Part shown: positions 45,626 through 56,020 of the stretch, piece by piece | Numbering within the stretch: position 1 is the stretch's first letter | Layout: each line of letters begins with the position of its first letter | Virus record (IMG/VR): IMGVR_UViG_3300046376_000226 | Coordinates: 10,556-74,555 of that record | Direction: 5' to 3' (one strand) | DNA length: 64,000 bases | DNA from: a virus | Translations under genes and position numbers: made by a program | Notes under the pieces: generated by a model | What the model was told of the DNA's origin: nothing | What the model saw: the letters and a program-made list of their open reading frames with translations, nothing else | The model's database searches: none

Positions 45626-46835
45626 TTAAAACCGCCTTTTCGGACAGTGCTTTGATTTTGCGTTCCGCGTAAGAAAGGCATCGCAGGCCAGGTCGCCAAT
45701 GGTCGAACCGGAACGGCTCGCACTGGGGCGAGAACACGCGCACCACGTGAACCGCGCCGTCTAGGTACGAACCCATCTCTTTAACGAAGACCTCCGAGAT
45801 GCCGTAGCCCCTGATTAGCTTAAGCAGGTAACGCAATTCGTTTTTAACATCCGGGAAAGAAACGGTGCGGTAATCAGACAGGGGTGATCCAACGGGCAGC
45901 TCCTGAAACAGCTCATGCAACTTGGCTTGATTCATGCGCTTCATTAACAAGAACTGCCGCCGGAACAAATCATCGCGCGCGCCTGATATGTAACAGCACC
46001 TCGCCTGGGCTGCCTCGGTGATAGCGCGGATAGCCGCTACCTCGGCGTTCAGGTGGGCGCCGTAGCCGCCGAATGTACCGGCACAGCGGCCGCTTAAGTC
46101 CAGGATAATGGCCGAAAATACCGGGATATTGTAATCGGTAGTGATATCGAAAAGGTGCAGGCGCAGATCGGCGGACTCGATCTTGCGAATACAGCTCTCT
46201 ATCTTCTCTGATACGGTCCCTAGCGGGGTTCGGGTAAGGAGCATTCCGCTGTCCAGGAGGAACTGGTTCAGCGTCCAGGCATCCCGCTCGATTACTTCGT
46301 ACAGACCGGCCAGGATTGCGTCTTGGACTGAGCCCCCGCTGGCTAACCCATTAGAACCCATCTGAACATACATCAGGGCTTGACCTTTAATTCTGGTGAC
46401 TAACCAGAGCAGGTCGCTCGGAACTAACTTAACTACGCCGTTCTGAATGTTAGTTGCTTCTTCCCAGGCGATCGGGGTCAGCTCACTTAAGACACTAGAC
46501 CGGGTGGGGAAACAGTCCTCCAGTGCTAAGCGCTCTGCTTGGGGTAGTTCAGCGGCTCGAGCGATCCGGAAGGCGCCATAGGGATGTTCCCCTGCATGGA
46601 ACTCGATTGCTTCCATGATCGCGCCGCACCGGGAATAAGCTGGGGCGAGTCCCTTGCCAGAGTGAATGGAGACGGTCTCCGAAAGCGCCCGCACGCAGCT
46701 ATGGACCGGCAGACCCACCGCATCTAACCCGGTCAGATCCGCTACCCTGGAAATGCCGAAGTCCTTAAGCAAGTCTGTGCGCGTTACCGCATTGACTGCC
46801 TGGGCGGTTGCTTCACGTAGTTCTTTGCGGGTCAT
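45618..46835 (-). CDS. ycaO: YcaO-family ATP-dependent backbone-modifying enzyme (TfuA-associated type)
   Basis: GISRVADLTGLD..GLPV, SGKG..AIMEAIE, SNGLASG..AGLYEVIERDA, GYGAHL..AIRAITEAAQAR..ISGARDD. Confidence 0.93.
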   Translation of the reverse strand: MTRKELREATAQAVNAVTRTDLLKDFGISRVADLTGLDAVGLPVHSCVRALSETVSIHSGKGLAPAYSRCGAIMEAIEFHAGEHPYGAFRIARAAELPQAERLALEDCFPTRSSVLSELTPIAWEEATNIQNGVVKLVPSDLLWLVTRIKGQALMYVQMGSNGLASGGSVQDAILAGLYEVIERDAWTLNQFLLDSGMLLTRTPLGTVSEKIESCIRKIESADLRLHLFDITTDYNIPVFSAIILDLSGRCAGTFGGYGAHLNAEVAAIRAITEAAQARCCYISGARDDLFRRQFLLMKRMNQAKLHELFQELPVGSPLSDYRTVSFPDVKNELRYLLKLIRGYGISEVFVKEMGSYLDGAVHVVRVFSPQCEPFRFDHWRPGLRCLSYAERKIKALSEKAVLNE

Positions 46836-48319
46836 ATGGTTGAGGCTCTGAAGAATTCAGCAATAAGGACTCGGTCATAGATGGCTCTGTCCATGGCCAG
46901 CCTGATAAGGCCGCACAAGCGTTCCGCTCGTGAGGAGCGCAATATATTGTCCGCTACCCAGCGTCCGAATTTCAGGTAGAGCGCCCTTAGTAGCCACGGG
47001 CAGCGCTTCGAGTAGAGCCAGCTTCGGAACATCACCCAGCGAGGGTTATCTGCTCCGTAGCACCTCCTAGCCACCCAGCAGCTTATGGCCGCCGCCGCTG
47101 CTGCTGCCGATGCGACGGCTCCTGCTGCTCCCACTCCCGCTGAGACCATGCCCGCTTGCTGCTGGGCTGCTAACTGCTGTTGTTGCGCATTTATTTGGGC
47201 CTGATTAAATGCAATCCCATTCATGGTGGCGTAATTGGCTTGTTGAAAACTGTTATAGGCTCCGGCCTGCCCCAGTTCTGTTTGGGCCAGGTTGGTGCCC
47301 CCTAATCCGAATGGGCGCTTTTGAAATAGTTGACCGGCAGTCTGCATGTTCAGCATGAGATTTTGGGCCTGCTGATTTTGCAGGTTGCCATAGATATTAG
47401 CCATCTGGGCGGTATCCATGGCCATCTGTTCGGTAGCTCCTTGGGCTTGCCCGTAGAGCTGGCCGCCTAAGCTTCCTACGTTTGCGCCTCCCTGGTAGAG
47501 CTGACCGGCTCCCTGGAGTTGCTGGCCGCCTAGACCGATGGTCTGGCCACCGGCCCCGATCGTTTGAGCGCCCAGACCCTGGAGCTGGCCTGCCTGGCCG
47601 AGCATAGAAGCGTACTGGTTAATGTCGCCCATCGCTTCACCCCGGCGCTGCATCCCGTACTGGATGGTGTTAAGGCCCAGCTGACGGGCAGCAGCAGCTT
47701 GCCCAGCCATGCCCTGGCCTAAGGATGCTGCTCCCAGTGCTCCGGCGCTCGAGCCCAGGCCCGCGAGCATCATCTGTTGCTGGACCTGGGGGTCCATGGG
47801 TTGCTGCAAGAGTTGTTGCCCTAATTGATAGGGGATCTGGGCGCTTCCGGCTAATTGCCCTCCTAGACCTGCGATTTGGCCGCCAAGCCCTGCCTGTTGC
47901 TGGCCCATACCGATCAGAGGCTGAGCGAGTCCGGCCTGGGTTGATCCCAGGTTATACATAGGCTGAACGGCTTGATTCACTGTCTGGGCCGCGTTACGGA
48001 TCCCCTGGATATCGGCGGTATTGGTGACTCCTTGGCGACCAGCGATCGTGTTAGCCAGGCCCGACATGATAGCCTGCTGGCCAGCGGTGCCCGCACCAAC
48101 CGCCCCAGTCTGCTGACCGAGATTGGACTGCCATTGGTTGTAGGCGTTCTGTAGTGCCGGATACCGGTTAGCAAAGTCTGCGTCACTTAACGCGTAAGAG
48201 GATATGTCACCCCCGATAGCCAGCTGGTTGAGCCCCATTCCCGATTGATAATCAAAGCCCGGGGGCGCGCCTTGCGCTTTAAACTGAGTTGAACCGCCGC
48301 CGCCACCACCACCGCCCAT
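46832..48319 (-). CDS. Gly/Gln/Ala-rich internal virion (pilot/ejection) protein
   Basis: MGGGGGGGG start, GQQ heptad-like repeats, C-terminal CWVARRCYGADNPRW..FRSWL domain. Confidence 0.75.
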   Translation of the reverse strand: MGGGGGGGGSTQFKAQGAPPGFDYQSGMGLNQLAIGGDISSYALSDADFANRYPALQNAYNQWQSNLGQQTGAVGAGTAGQQAIMSGLANTIAGRQGVTNTADIQGIRNAAQTVNQAVQPMYNLGSTQAGLAQPLIGMGQQQAGLGGQIAGLGGQLAGSAQIPYQLGQQLLQQPMDPQVQQQMMLAGLGSSAGALGAASLGQGMAGQAAAARQLGLNTIQYGMQRRGEAMGDINQYASMLGQAGQLQGLGAQTIGAGGQTIGLGGQQLQGAGQLYQGGANVGSLGGQLYGQAQGATEQMAMDTAQMANIYGNLQNQQAQNLMLNMQTAGQLFQKRPFGLGGTNLAQTELGQAGAYNSFQQANYATMNGIAFNQAQINAQQQQLAAQQQAGMVSAGVGAAGAVASAAAAAAAISCWVARRCYGADNPRWVMFRSWLYSKRCPWLLRALYLKFGRWVADNILRSSRAERLCGLIRLAMDRAIYDRVLIAEFFRASTI

Positions 48320-48723
48320 TAGTTTACCTCCTCGTCGTAGATGTAGGCGGTTTCAGGTGCTCGTTTGAGCCGGATCCGCCTCAGGTTTTTCGGGCCGAGC
48401 GCCTCGGCTTTTTCGCATAACAGGAACAAGGGGTTCCCCGTCATGCGCTTAAACTCGGTAATCAGACTCCGGGTTAATTTCAGGAAGACGCGCGGGCTCA
48501 TCTTATCGGGATGAAGCGCCGGGTAGACTACCAGTTGCGGGATCGTATGAGCGTAGCCGCGCAGCTGGCCGTGATAAAACACGAGGTAGATCGGGAACAT
48601 GCGCAACAGCTCTTTCCCGGTCAGCTCGCGCGCCATCTGGTCCAGGTTCCAGTGCTGCAAATCTTTCTCGTTTTCACAGCGAATCAGTGAAATACCGGCT
48701 TTATCAGAGTCTGGGGAGTTCAT
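48319..48723 (-). CDS. Small tail-operon protein
   Basis: Coupled on both sides; sits where podophages often have an acetyltransferase-like gene. Confidence 0.6.
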   Translation of the reverse strand: MNSPDSDKAGISLIRCENEKDLQHWNLDQMARELTGKELLRMFPIYLVFYHGQLRGYAHTIPQLVVYPALHPDKMSPRVFLKLTRSLITEFKRMTGNPLFLLCEKAEALGPKNLRRIRLKRAPETAYIYDEEVN

Positions 48724-50852
48724 GTTAGTCTTCCGTCTGCTGTGATGATGGCCCATAACAAATCCCCTCTGGAGATGCCTGCCCCGAAGACAAGCACCAC
48801 AGCGGTCCCGGCCGCGTTCACAAATCCTGAAAGAGTCACCTGGGTTTTTGAGTCAACGGTCGCGACGGTCGCCCCGGGCAGGATCCCTAGCCCGCTAACC
48901 GGCATCCCGGGCTTGATCTGGGTAGTGTCCGGAATGGCCGTAATCTTCTTGGTGCCGAAAGTGAGGCCGACCGCCAGAGCTGTCCCGGTAGCCGCGACTG
49001 AAATCGTGATGGTCTTATCCATCGAGAAAGTGAGCGCTACCCCGATCGCTAGGCCGTGCGTAAAGCCGCTTAGAATCACAGAGTTTGCCCCTGTGTTAAC
49101 CTGGACCACGGTGGTTCCCGCCCCGATCCCGTTGCCGACCGCCTCCATGCCGACCGTGATATTGGCAATATCCGCGCTCGGGATGTTACTGATCTTGGTA
49201 CTCCCATCGATGGTGCCAGTGGTGTTAACGGTCACGCCGCCAGTCGGAGCGCTCGCGACCGTGGCTCCGACCGGGATCCCGGCCCCGGTGACCGGTGCTC
49301 CTACTACGATGCCGGAGCTAACGCCCTCAAGAGTGATCGTGACCGAGCCATTATTAATATCGCCCGTAGTGGTAATCAGGGAGGTGGTGCCACTGGTAGT
49401 CAGGACGGGCGGAAAATTAGTGAAGGTCAGCCCGACATTCGCCTGGCTGATGGTGGCAGCCGCCGAAATAGTCAGCGAAGTCGACGAGAGAATTTTAACG
49501 ACCGTGGCCCCGGTCGGAATACCGTTCCCGCTTACCCCAGCACCGACGTCGATCCCGGGGGTAGCCACCAGGGTAATAGTCGTAGTGCTATTTAAGGTGC
49601 CGCTGGTATTAATGACCGCGCCGCCGGAGTCGGTGATACCCCGTCTGCTCGCCGCTAAGTTCGGGATCAGGATATCAAAGTTGGTGAACATATCAGTCAC
49701 CAACCCGGCCGCCTGGGTCTGGTAACTGTACGGAGTGACCACCGGATGCAGGAGCGCCATCCGGCGAGGGAAAATAAAGGTGGCAGCCCAATTATTATCC
49801 TGGGAAGCGAAAAACTGGACCGGTGCGCCGAAAGTTGACGATTGATAAGCGAAGGTCGTGAAATAGTAGCGAGTCAGGATCTCCAGATCGTCTGCGAACG
49901 CTGGGACCGAGAGATAGGTTGGGCTAAGGCTGGCTTCTAGCTTGATCCCGGTGATCGCTAAAGCGTTCCCGGCGGTTGCCAGCAAGTTCAGGTTCTGGCT
50001 AGTGCCAGCGTTTAGGCCCCCTAGCCATTTATTAAGGTTGCCGCTGGTGATCCGGAAGTTGGCGCCGACCCCAAAAGGGAATCCTACGTAGAGCCCGGTT
50101 ACTCCTTCGCCAAAGTGCCAGGTACCGCCGCTAGGGAAGGCGGGAATAGCAGGGACCGTGATCCAGGTCCACTGATTGGCCGTTGTCAGGGTAAAAGCGG
50201 CGGTGTAACTCTCGTCGCGTCCGCTGCTAGCCAGGTAGACCGAATAAGTGCCCGGGGTAGTGCCATAGGCCCAAAAAGATAAGGACATCTTCTGCCCCCG
50301 GAGAGCCACGATGTCTGAGCCTTCGAAGAGATGCTCGTGCGAGTAAAGATCGGTGGCTAGCAGAGTAGTTACCACCCCGGGTCCGACCGTATAATTGATG
50401 GCGGTAGGGATGTTATCATTGTTGGGGCCTGCCGCCGGACCGTTAATCGAGGAGATAGCCAAAATGTTAACGAGATTGGCTTGAGCAAAGCTCATGTCGT
50501 AAGCGGGTCCCCCGCCGGCCGGCACAGCAATGGCGGCACCGGTCTGTTGCACCTGGTAAACGCAATTCTTGACGTAATTCTTGATGGTCTTAACCGGGAA
50601 CATCTGCGGCTCGTATTCGCCGGTTGCGGTATTCCAGAAATACCAGACGCCATCCATGGCGATCGGGCCCTGGTCACTGGTGGGCAGGTCTGAACCCGGT
50701 GGCAAAATTAAGCCCAGCAAAAAGTTGCCCTCGATATAGCCGGTCATGAGCTGGACGGCTTGCTGGAAAGTTTCGTCCATGTCGCCCTTGAACCCTTCCG
50801 GGAAAGGCGCAATCGCGATCGTAAGCGGGATCTGAATAGCGGGGGTAGGCAT
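48720..50852 (-). CDS. Tail fibre/spike-like protein
   Basis: Thr/Gly-rich; four repeats of VG..V.G.GIP.GATV; ITGIKLE..PT carbohydrate-binding-like segment. Confidence 0.75.
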   Translation of the reverse strand: MPTPAIQIPLTIAIAPFPEGFKGDMDETFQQAVQLMTGYIEGNFLLGLILPPGSDLPTSDQGPIAMDGVWYFWNTATGEYEPQMFPVKTIKNYVKNCVYQVQQTGAAIAVPAGGGPAYDMSFAQANLVNILAISSINGPAAGPNNDNIPTAINYTVGPGVVTTLLATDLYSHEHLFEGSDIVALRGQKMSLSFWAYGTTPGTYSVYLASSGRDESYTAAFTLTTANQWTWITVPAIPAFPSGGTWHFGEGVTGLYVGFPFGVGANFRITSGNLNKWLGGLNAGTSQNLNLLATAGNALAITGIKLEASLSPTYLSVPAFADDLEILTRYYFTTFAYQSSTFGAPVQFFASQDNNWAATFIFPRRMALLHPVVTPYSYQTQAAGLVTDMFTNFDILIPNLAASRRGITDSGGAVINTSGTLNSTTTITLVATPGIDVGAGVSGNGIPTGATVVKILSSTSLTISAAATISQANVGLTFTNFPPVLTTSGTTSLITTTGDINNGSVTITLEGVSSGIVVGAPVTGAGIPVGATVASAPTGGVTVNTTGTIDGSTKISNIPSADIANITVGMEAVGNGIGAGTTVVQVNTGANSVILSGFTHGLAIGVALTFSMDKTITISVAATGTALAVGLTFGTKKITAIPDTTQIKPGMPVSGLGILPGATVATVDSKTQVTLSGFVNAAGTAVVLVFGAGISRGDLLWAIITADGRLT

Positions 50853-50854
50853 TT

Positions 50855-51687
50855 TTACCAGTGGTGCTCGGGCCGGGAGATAAGGAGGAGCTGCGGACCG
50901 AATGGGTTGGACTGGAAATTGGGCTGGGTGATTAGGACGTCATAGTTAAGCTCGCGCGAGCGGGTGTGATAAATCGGCGGCATCCCGGTCTGGAGGGTCA
51001 AATTGACCTGAGGGAATGGCGGGGTGGTTGTTGTGCTGGTGCTCATAATTAGCCACCTGAAATCAGTTCCACTGGGGCCGTGCCTGGGGCCCGGGTTTTA
51101 GTGAGCGCGAAAATCATCTGGTTCGAATTGGAGCCGCACACGAACCTCGCCTGGAAATTGCCGAAATAGCCGGGGTTTAAGAGGTAAGCCTGGGCCTGAT
51201 TAGCGTTGGTTAGCCAGTTCCAGGGCGACGGCGGCCCAGTGCTGACGCCGCCAGCCGTTCGAATCGCTGAGATTATCAAGTCATCGCTGTAACCGGTTGG
51301 TAATACCGCAGTCAGCGACTGGGCCGCACCTGCCGGGGTAGTATTGGTTAAGGCTGACCCATCAAGGGTAAAATCGTAGCCTGTGATATCCAAGAGGCCG
51401 ATCTGATAACCGCGCGCTAAATCGGTCGCGAAAGTGACCGTGCAAGCTCCGGCGGCTTTAGAGGTTGTGCCCCAGGCGGCCAGGCTCTTGCCCCCTGTAG
51501 CAATAGCGGCAATCGGCTGGTAAGTGTTGCCTAAAGTGTCAGTGCAACCCGTGGCTACCGTTGCGGTGGTAGCTGAAGTCAGAAATGCGATTAAAACATC
51601 GCCTTTACCCACCGGGCTCGTAAAAGCGTAAGGGGGAAATTGATTGCTGCTAAGGAGCGCACTGATCTGGCTTTGTGGGACTGGCAT
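50855..51687 (-). other. Two small tail genes (50855-51046, 51049-51687)
   Basis: Coupled; 51049-51687 shares the TD..GNTY beta-domain motif with the N-terminus of 28355-30271. Confidence 0.65.
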
Positions 51688-53513
51688 TACGCGGTTGCCT
51701 CCACAACGATGTGCGGGGTGTTAGTCTCATCAGGCGTGCAGAAGCCTTGGGGGCTCTGGAGCTGGCGATCGTAAAAGAACTTTAGCGAGCGTATCCCCAG
51801 CCGACCCTGCCATTGGATCATGATCTGAAAGCCTTTATCGATCCCGTCCAGCCGCCCGATCTCGGTGCAAGCCGCTTCGTCCGGGCTTTCGTGGACTACG
51901 AATTCCTGGGTGCGCAAATGCCGGACTTGGCGCCGGTAATTCTCAAACTCGGTGGTCCTGCCCTGGGCAACGTAGTAAAGCTTAGTTAGAGCGTCCGGGT
52001 TGCCCCAGGGGCCGATATCGGCTCGTAACGTAGTGGAAAACAGGGGCTGATAATTCCCGCCTAGCCCGGTGACAAAGACCTGGATCGGGACGATTCCCTT
52101 CAGGTTCACCAGCATGATCTCAGCGAAAACGAACCGGTAATAATCGTCAGTGGCTAAGACAAATGCCCGGGTCTCAAAGGAGCAGGCAATCGAGGTCTCA
52201 ACCTCTGAGATCTGGTTGGGCATGTAATTTTCGTACAGGTGGATATAAGCCTGAGGCGGTAGATCAGTCTCTGGCTGGGGTGAGGGGCTTTCCCCATCCT
52301 GCAAAAGGAGATATCCGCTGCTGTAAGCCAGCTCGTAGTTATGCTGGGTGCCCTTGACGATAGGGGAGGTAAACTGGACCGGGTAAGAACCGACCCAGAC
52401 GCCACTCCAACACATTCCGGCGGTGTTATTGAGTTTCTCAGCGATCCCGGCATCCATGATCCAGGTATGCCGGTTAAGAGGATAGCTAGCGGGCCAGCCG
52501 ACCATGAGCACATTTTCAAAGACCCCTAAACAGGCTCCGGTGATATCGGCCGCCGCCAGATATTTAGAGCGCTGCATCTCTCCATCGGCAGTGAGAATCA
52601 CTGTCGTCAGGTTCTGGGTCAGGGCCCGGTCAAAGGAGATCAGGCCCCGGGCCGTCAAAAACCAGATCATCCCGTGCAGATAGGCGATGCCCCAGGGCGC
52701 GATTAGTCCGATCTCCAGGTTCACATCGGTCTGGAAACCCTGGGTTGTCTGCCACTGGGTCCGGTCCTGGATATAGCTCTGGAGCGTGTGCATCGAGGAC
52801 TCGGTAAAGACGATTACGCCCTGGAACGGAGCGCACCAGAGGTTTACGACCGCTCGAGGGAACCGAAACCCGGTTTGTTCTGCGAGATAGGTTTCTTCCT
52901 GGAAAGATTGGGGATAGAGCAGGTCACTGGCAAAGACCAGGTTACCGACTGCGACCCAGACACGGTTATCCTGCCAGACCATGGCGGTGCCGATCGGTAT
53001 TGGTTTAACCGGGCTGCCGGTCACATAATTTTTATCGACAACCCCGCTGGAGAAATCGCTCGTATCCCAGTAGCAAGGGCTCGATACGCCGTCCTGCATG
53101 AGCACGATATTCTTTGGCTGGGGCAGGACCTTGATGAAATTATTGCTGTCGTATTCGATGGCCTGCTCGCCGTTGACGAACCAGATCCGGCGCGCATCGG
53201 AACGGAAAGTCACCCCATCTAGTTGGGTCCAATCGGTGAAAGGGTACGGGGCCCAATAGATTTTGCCGTCGATAGCCACCATCTCGTAGTTGCGGTCATC
53301 GATAGTCCTGACCCAGAAATGTCCCTGGGCGTGACGGCCGCAGAAGCTTTTTACCCGGCGTTTAGCTGGCCGGGTCTGAGCCACGCCGCCCCGGTTAATG
53401 GTGTTGACGCCCCAGGCGTAAGTATTGGGCGCCAGATCGGTCGGGTAAAGCAGAGAGTCCACGCCGCCGGTCCATTGACCGTCTGCAATGAACTGTAGAT
53501 TTTGGCCACCCAT
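51687..53513 (-). CDS. Putative tail tubular protein B / nozzle
   Basis: 608 aa beta-propeller-like (WQDNRVWVA..VFASD); position after the adaptor. Confidence 0.65.
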   Translation of the reverse strand: MGGQNLQFIADGQWTGGVDSLLYPTDLAPNTYAWGVNTINRGGVAQTRPAKRRVKSFCGRHAQGHFWVRTIDDRNYEMVAIDGKIYWAPYPFTDWTQLDGVTFRSDARRIWFVNGEQAIEYDSNNFIKVLPQPKNIVLMQDGVSSPCYWDTSDFSSGVVDKNYVTGSPVKPIPIGTAMVWQDNRVWVAVGNLVFASDLLYPQSFQEETYLAEQTGFRFPRAVVNLWCAPFQGVIVFTESSMHTLQSYIQDRTQWQTTQGFQTDVNLEIGLIAPWGIAYLHGMIWFLTARGLISFDRALTQNLTTVILTADGEMQRSKYLAAADITGACLGVFENVLMVGWPASYPLNRHTWIMDAGIAEKLNNTAGMCWSGVWVGSYPVQFTSPIVKGTQHNYELAYSSGYLLLQDGESPSPQPETDLPPQAYIHLYENYMPNQISEVETSIACSFETRAFVLATDDYYRFVFAEIMLVNLKGIVPIQVFVTGLGGNYQPLFSTTLRADIGPWGNPDALTKLYYVAQGRTTEFENYRRQVRHLRTQEFVVHESPDEAACTEIGRLDGIDKGFQIMIQWQGRLGIRSLKFFYDRQLQSPQGFCTPDETNTPHIVVEATA

Positions 53514-53519
53514 AGCGCT

Positions 53520-55400
53520 TCACGGCATTTGGATAAAACTTGCCCCCCAGATAGTGGCATCGACTTGCAAGCCCAGGCTGTCGTTGGGGTGGTTAGTGCG
53601 CCATTCCTTGTTCAGGAGGTCTTTAGCGCTTTGGAGTAAGAGCGCTGCTCCTTGCGCATCCTGGATCCCGGTCTGGATTGAGCGCATGGCGTTCATCAGA
53701 GCGGAGCGCGAGCGCATATGGAGCGGATCAGTGAGCGAGCTGATCTTGACCCAGCGTTTCCGGTAGCGCATACGCACCGTAACGGCTTTCTGACCGATCT
53801 TGATTACGCGGAATTTAGGCTCAGCGATATTGGGCCAGAACGTGCCTAGATTCTGTAGGTATTGGGTGCCATCGGTCGCGAAAAGCTGGATAAAAGATTG
53901 CGGGCTACCCTCGATCGCGATCCGGTCTACCCGTTTAAAGGGGAGTGCCTGGCCACTAATATCAAAACTGTTTTGCTCACAAGTTATTGGCACTCCCAGG
54001 TTTCCGTCCGGGCCGTAAATCGGTAAATCGTTGATATCAATGCCCCAGACCCGGATAACCGTGCCGTTATCGACGCCGCTAAGCGGGGCGGCTACCAGGT
54101 ACGAAGCAGCTGCCAGAGGGAACGCGCAGGGCATTTCCCCGACTTCTTCCCACCCGCCACAAGGGCGGTTAGAACCTACGGCGTCCGCGTTATCGTTGTC
54201 CTGGCCCAGGCCGTTCATGTGAAATTCGAACCACTGGTTTCTGAAGAATCCGGTCGAGTGATTCACATTGATTGCCAGGATCTGGTCAACGTACTGGGGC
54301 AGAGTCACATAGAAGGAATCGAAGGTGGCGATATCGACGTAGCCAATCAGCGGATCCCAGTTGGAAAGGTTCGCTAGCAACTCGACCGCCTCGGTCATGC
54401 GATCAAAGATTTTGGTCTGGCCGATGGGGCCAAAGACGTCACAAGCAAAATCGTATAGATCAGCCGCGATAATCGAGTCGCGGGTGTTGATCGTCAGGTT
54501 CAGCGTCGGAGTCGTTTCAGCAATGTTGCTAACGCGTTGGAATAGGTTCCGAGCACCTTGATCCTCGTCCAGAAATCGGAGTGCGTTTTGCTCGGCGGTC
54601 GCGCCGTCGTCCCAGTTGAGGGTGTCGTAAGCCTTGATGGCGACGCAGGCTGTGATGACGGCTTGGCGGTTGGAAAGCGGGATGACATCGGTGGGAAGAG
54701 TGAGTTTGTAGGTGCGTCTGCGAGCCAGGATTTTGCAGCTGACGCCCGATTGACTGAGCTTGATCCATTCAAACCAGGGATAAAGCGTGCTTGGGGCCCA
54801 GAAAGCCATCAGGCTGGACTCCAGGATGAAGGTATTAGAGTAAACGTGCAGAGTGCCCTGGGTGACCGGCTTAGAGGCTTCGTAGATGCCCCAGATCATG
54901 GGGCCCGGAACCCCGACAAACACACTGATCCAATGGGTGGATTGGTTCTCTCTATAGACGTTAAGCTGGATCTCGACGTTGTTGTCGGCCGGATTAGTGG
55001 AGGTGATTAGGACAGGCGCGCCGCCGGTCGGCCAGGGCGATTGTAGCGCTTTCCAGCCCCGATCCTGCCAGCTCCAGCCTGCTTCCGGGTCAGCGGTGCC
55101 TGGGCCGTTCATGGAGAACTCGAAGAACTGGTTTCTGGTGAAGGCGGGTTGCCGGTTGATATTGATCTTGATCGGCTTTTGAACGTGGGGCGGCAGACAC
55201 ACGTAATAGCCGTTCACGATCGGCAGATCGACGTAGATGATGAGCGGATCCCAGACCACGTTGGTCTGGGTGGGCTTATTGGCCAATAGTTCGACCGCTC
55301 GGGTTAGGACGTCATAGGTATAGGAGGGATCACAGGTACCCAGTACCCGGCCCACTTGATCGATTACATCGCTAACGACAATCACTTCAGTGGCTCCCAA
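53520..55400 (-). CDS. Putative head-tail adaptor / tail tubular protein A, internally duplicated
   Basis: Two homologous halves (AVELLAN...Y.xLP..V..I.IN.N...RNQxFEF.MNG); follows the capsid gene. Confidence 0.65.
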   Translation of the reverse strand: MGATEVIVVSDVIDQVGRVLGTCDPSYTYDVLTRAVELLANKPTQTNVVWDPLIIYVDLPIVNGYYVCLPPHVQKPIKININRQPAFTRNQFFEFSMNGPGTADPEAGWSWQDRGWKALQSPWPTGGAPVLITSTNPADNNVEIQLNVYRENQSTHWISVFVGVPGPMIWGIYEASKPVTQGTLHVYSNTFILESSLMAFWAPSTLYPWFEWIKLSQSGVSCKILARRRTYKLTLPTDVIPLSNRQAVITACVAIKAYDTLNWDDGATAEQNALRFLDEDQGARNLFQRVSNIAETTPTLNLTINTRDSIIAADLYDFACDVFGPIGQTKIFDRMTEAVELLANLSNWDPLIGYVDIATFDSFYVTLPQYVDQILAINVNHSTGFFRNQWFEFHMNGLGQDNDNADAVGSNRPCGGWEEVGEMPCAFPLAAASYLVAAPLSGVDNGTVIRVWGIDINDLPIYGPDGNLGVPITCEQNSFDISGQALPFKRVDRIAIEGSPQSFIQLFATDGTQYLQNLGTFWPNIAEPKFRVIKIGQKAVTVRMRYRKRWVKISSLTDPLHMRSRSALMNAMRSIQTGIQDAQGAALLLQSAKDLLNKEWRTNHPNDSLGLQVDATIWGASFIQMP

Positions 55401-55557
55401 AAGAACCGACCATGGGGATTAAGACCAGGATGACGGCAACGATCAGCGCGATAAAAAGGAAGACCCAGAACCCTCGGCCTATGGCTACCCCGAAGCTCGG
55501 CCCAATAGTCAGGCATAGAAGGCTAACCAGTATGATGAGCAGGATGATGACATTCAT
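55387..55557 (-). CDS. Small two-TM membrane protein (holin-like)
   Basis: Translated by hand: MNVIILLIILVSLLCLTIGPSFGVAIGRGFWVFLFIALIVAVILVLIPMVGSFGSH; coupled to the upstream gene. Confidence 0.55.
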   Translation of the reverse strand: MNVIILLIILVSLLCLTIGPSFGVAIGRGFWVFLFIALIVAVILVLIPMVGSFGSH

Positions 55558-55895
55558 TTGTCCTTGAAGTAGTCCTTGAAACTCTGGCGGGCGCCGTCGC
55601 CGTAGCCGTTTCCGTTTTTCTTCTTAGGTTTGTCCTCGAAATCGATCTTGCAGACCTCAATCGTGAGCGAGCAGCGCCGCTCCTTTTTTCCGTTCCGGTT
55701 ACTCTCAGAGTGATGGCGGCTGACCACCTTGAACTTGATGGTGGCCTCGCCTTCATCAGGCATCTCCAAGAGCCGGGTATCCTCGGTCTCGGGGATGTGG
55801 AAATCCGGGTAATGGACCCTGTCCTTGTCGGCCAAGGACGAAGCCTGGGAGATCAGGTCGTCGTACTTCTGGCCCAGATCGATCGGTTTATGCAT
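55554..55895 (-). CDS. Hypothetical protein
   Basis: 113-aa ORF downstream of the capsid gene. Confidence 0.6.
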   Translation of the reverse strand: MHKPIDLGQKYDDLISQASSLADKDRVHYPDFHIPETEDTRLLEMPDEGEATIKFKVVSRHHSESNRNGKKERRCSLTIEVCKIDFEDKPKKKNGNGYGDGARQSFKDYFKDK

Positions 55896-56020
55896 GAGGG
55901 AGGTTTGAGGGACCGATCTCTAGCGCGCATTCATTAGCTGCTACTAGAAGCTATCCTCTCTGGTTAAATTTAGAGTGCAGCGCTACAGAATCGGCCCCTC
56001 CCGGTGGAAGGCTTACAGGC

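Noticed and set aside
48742-49725. 327-aa plus-strand ORF
   Set aside because: Antisense shadow of the Thr/Gly/Val-rich tail fibre gene
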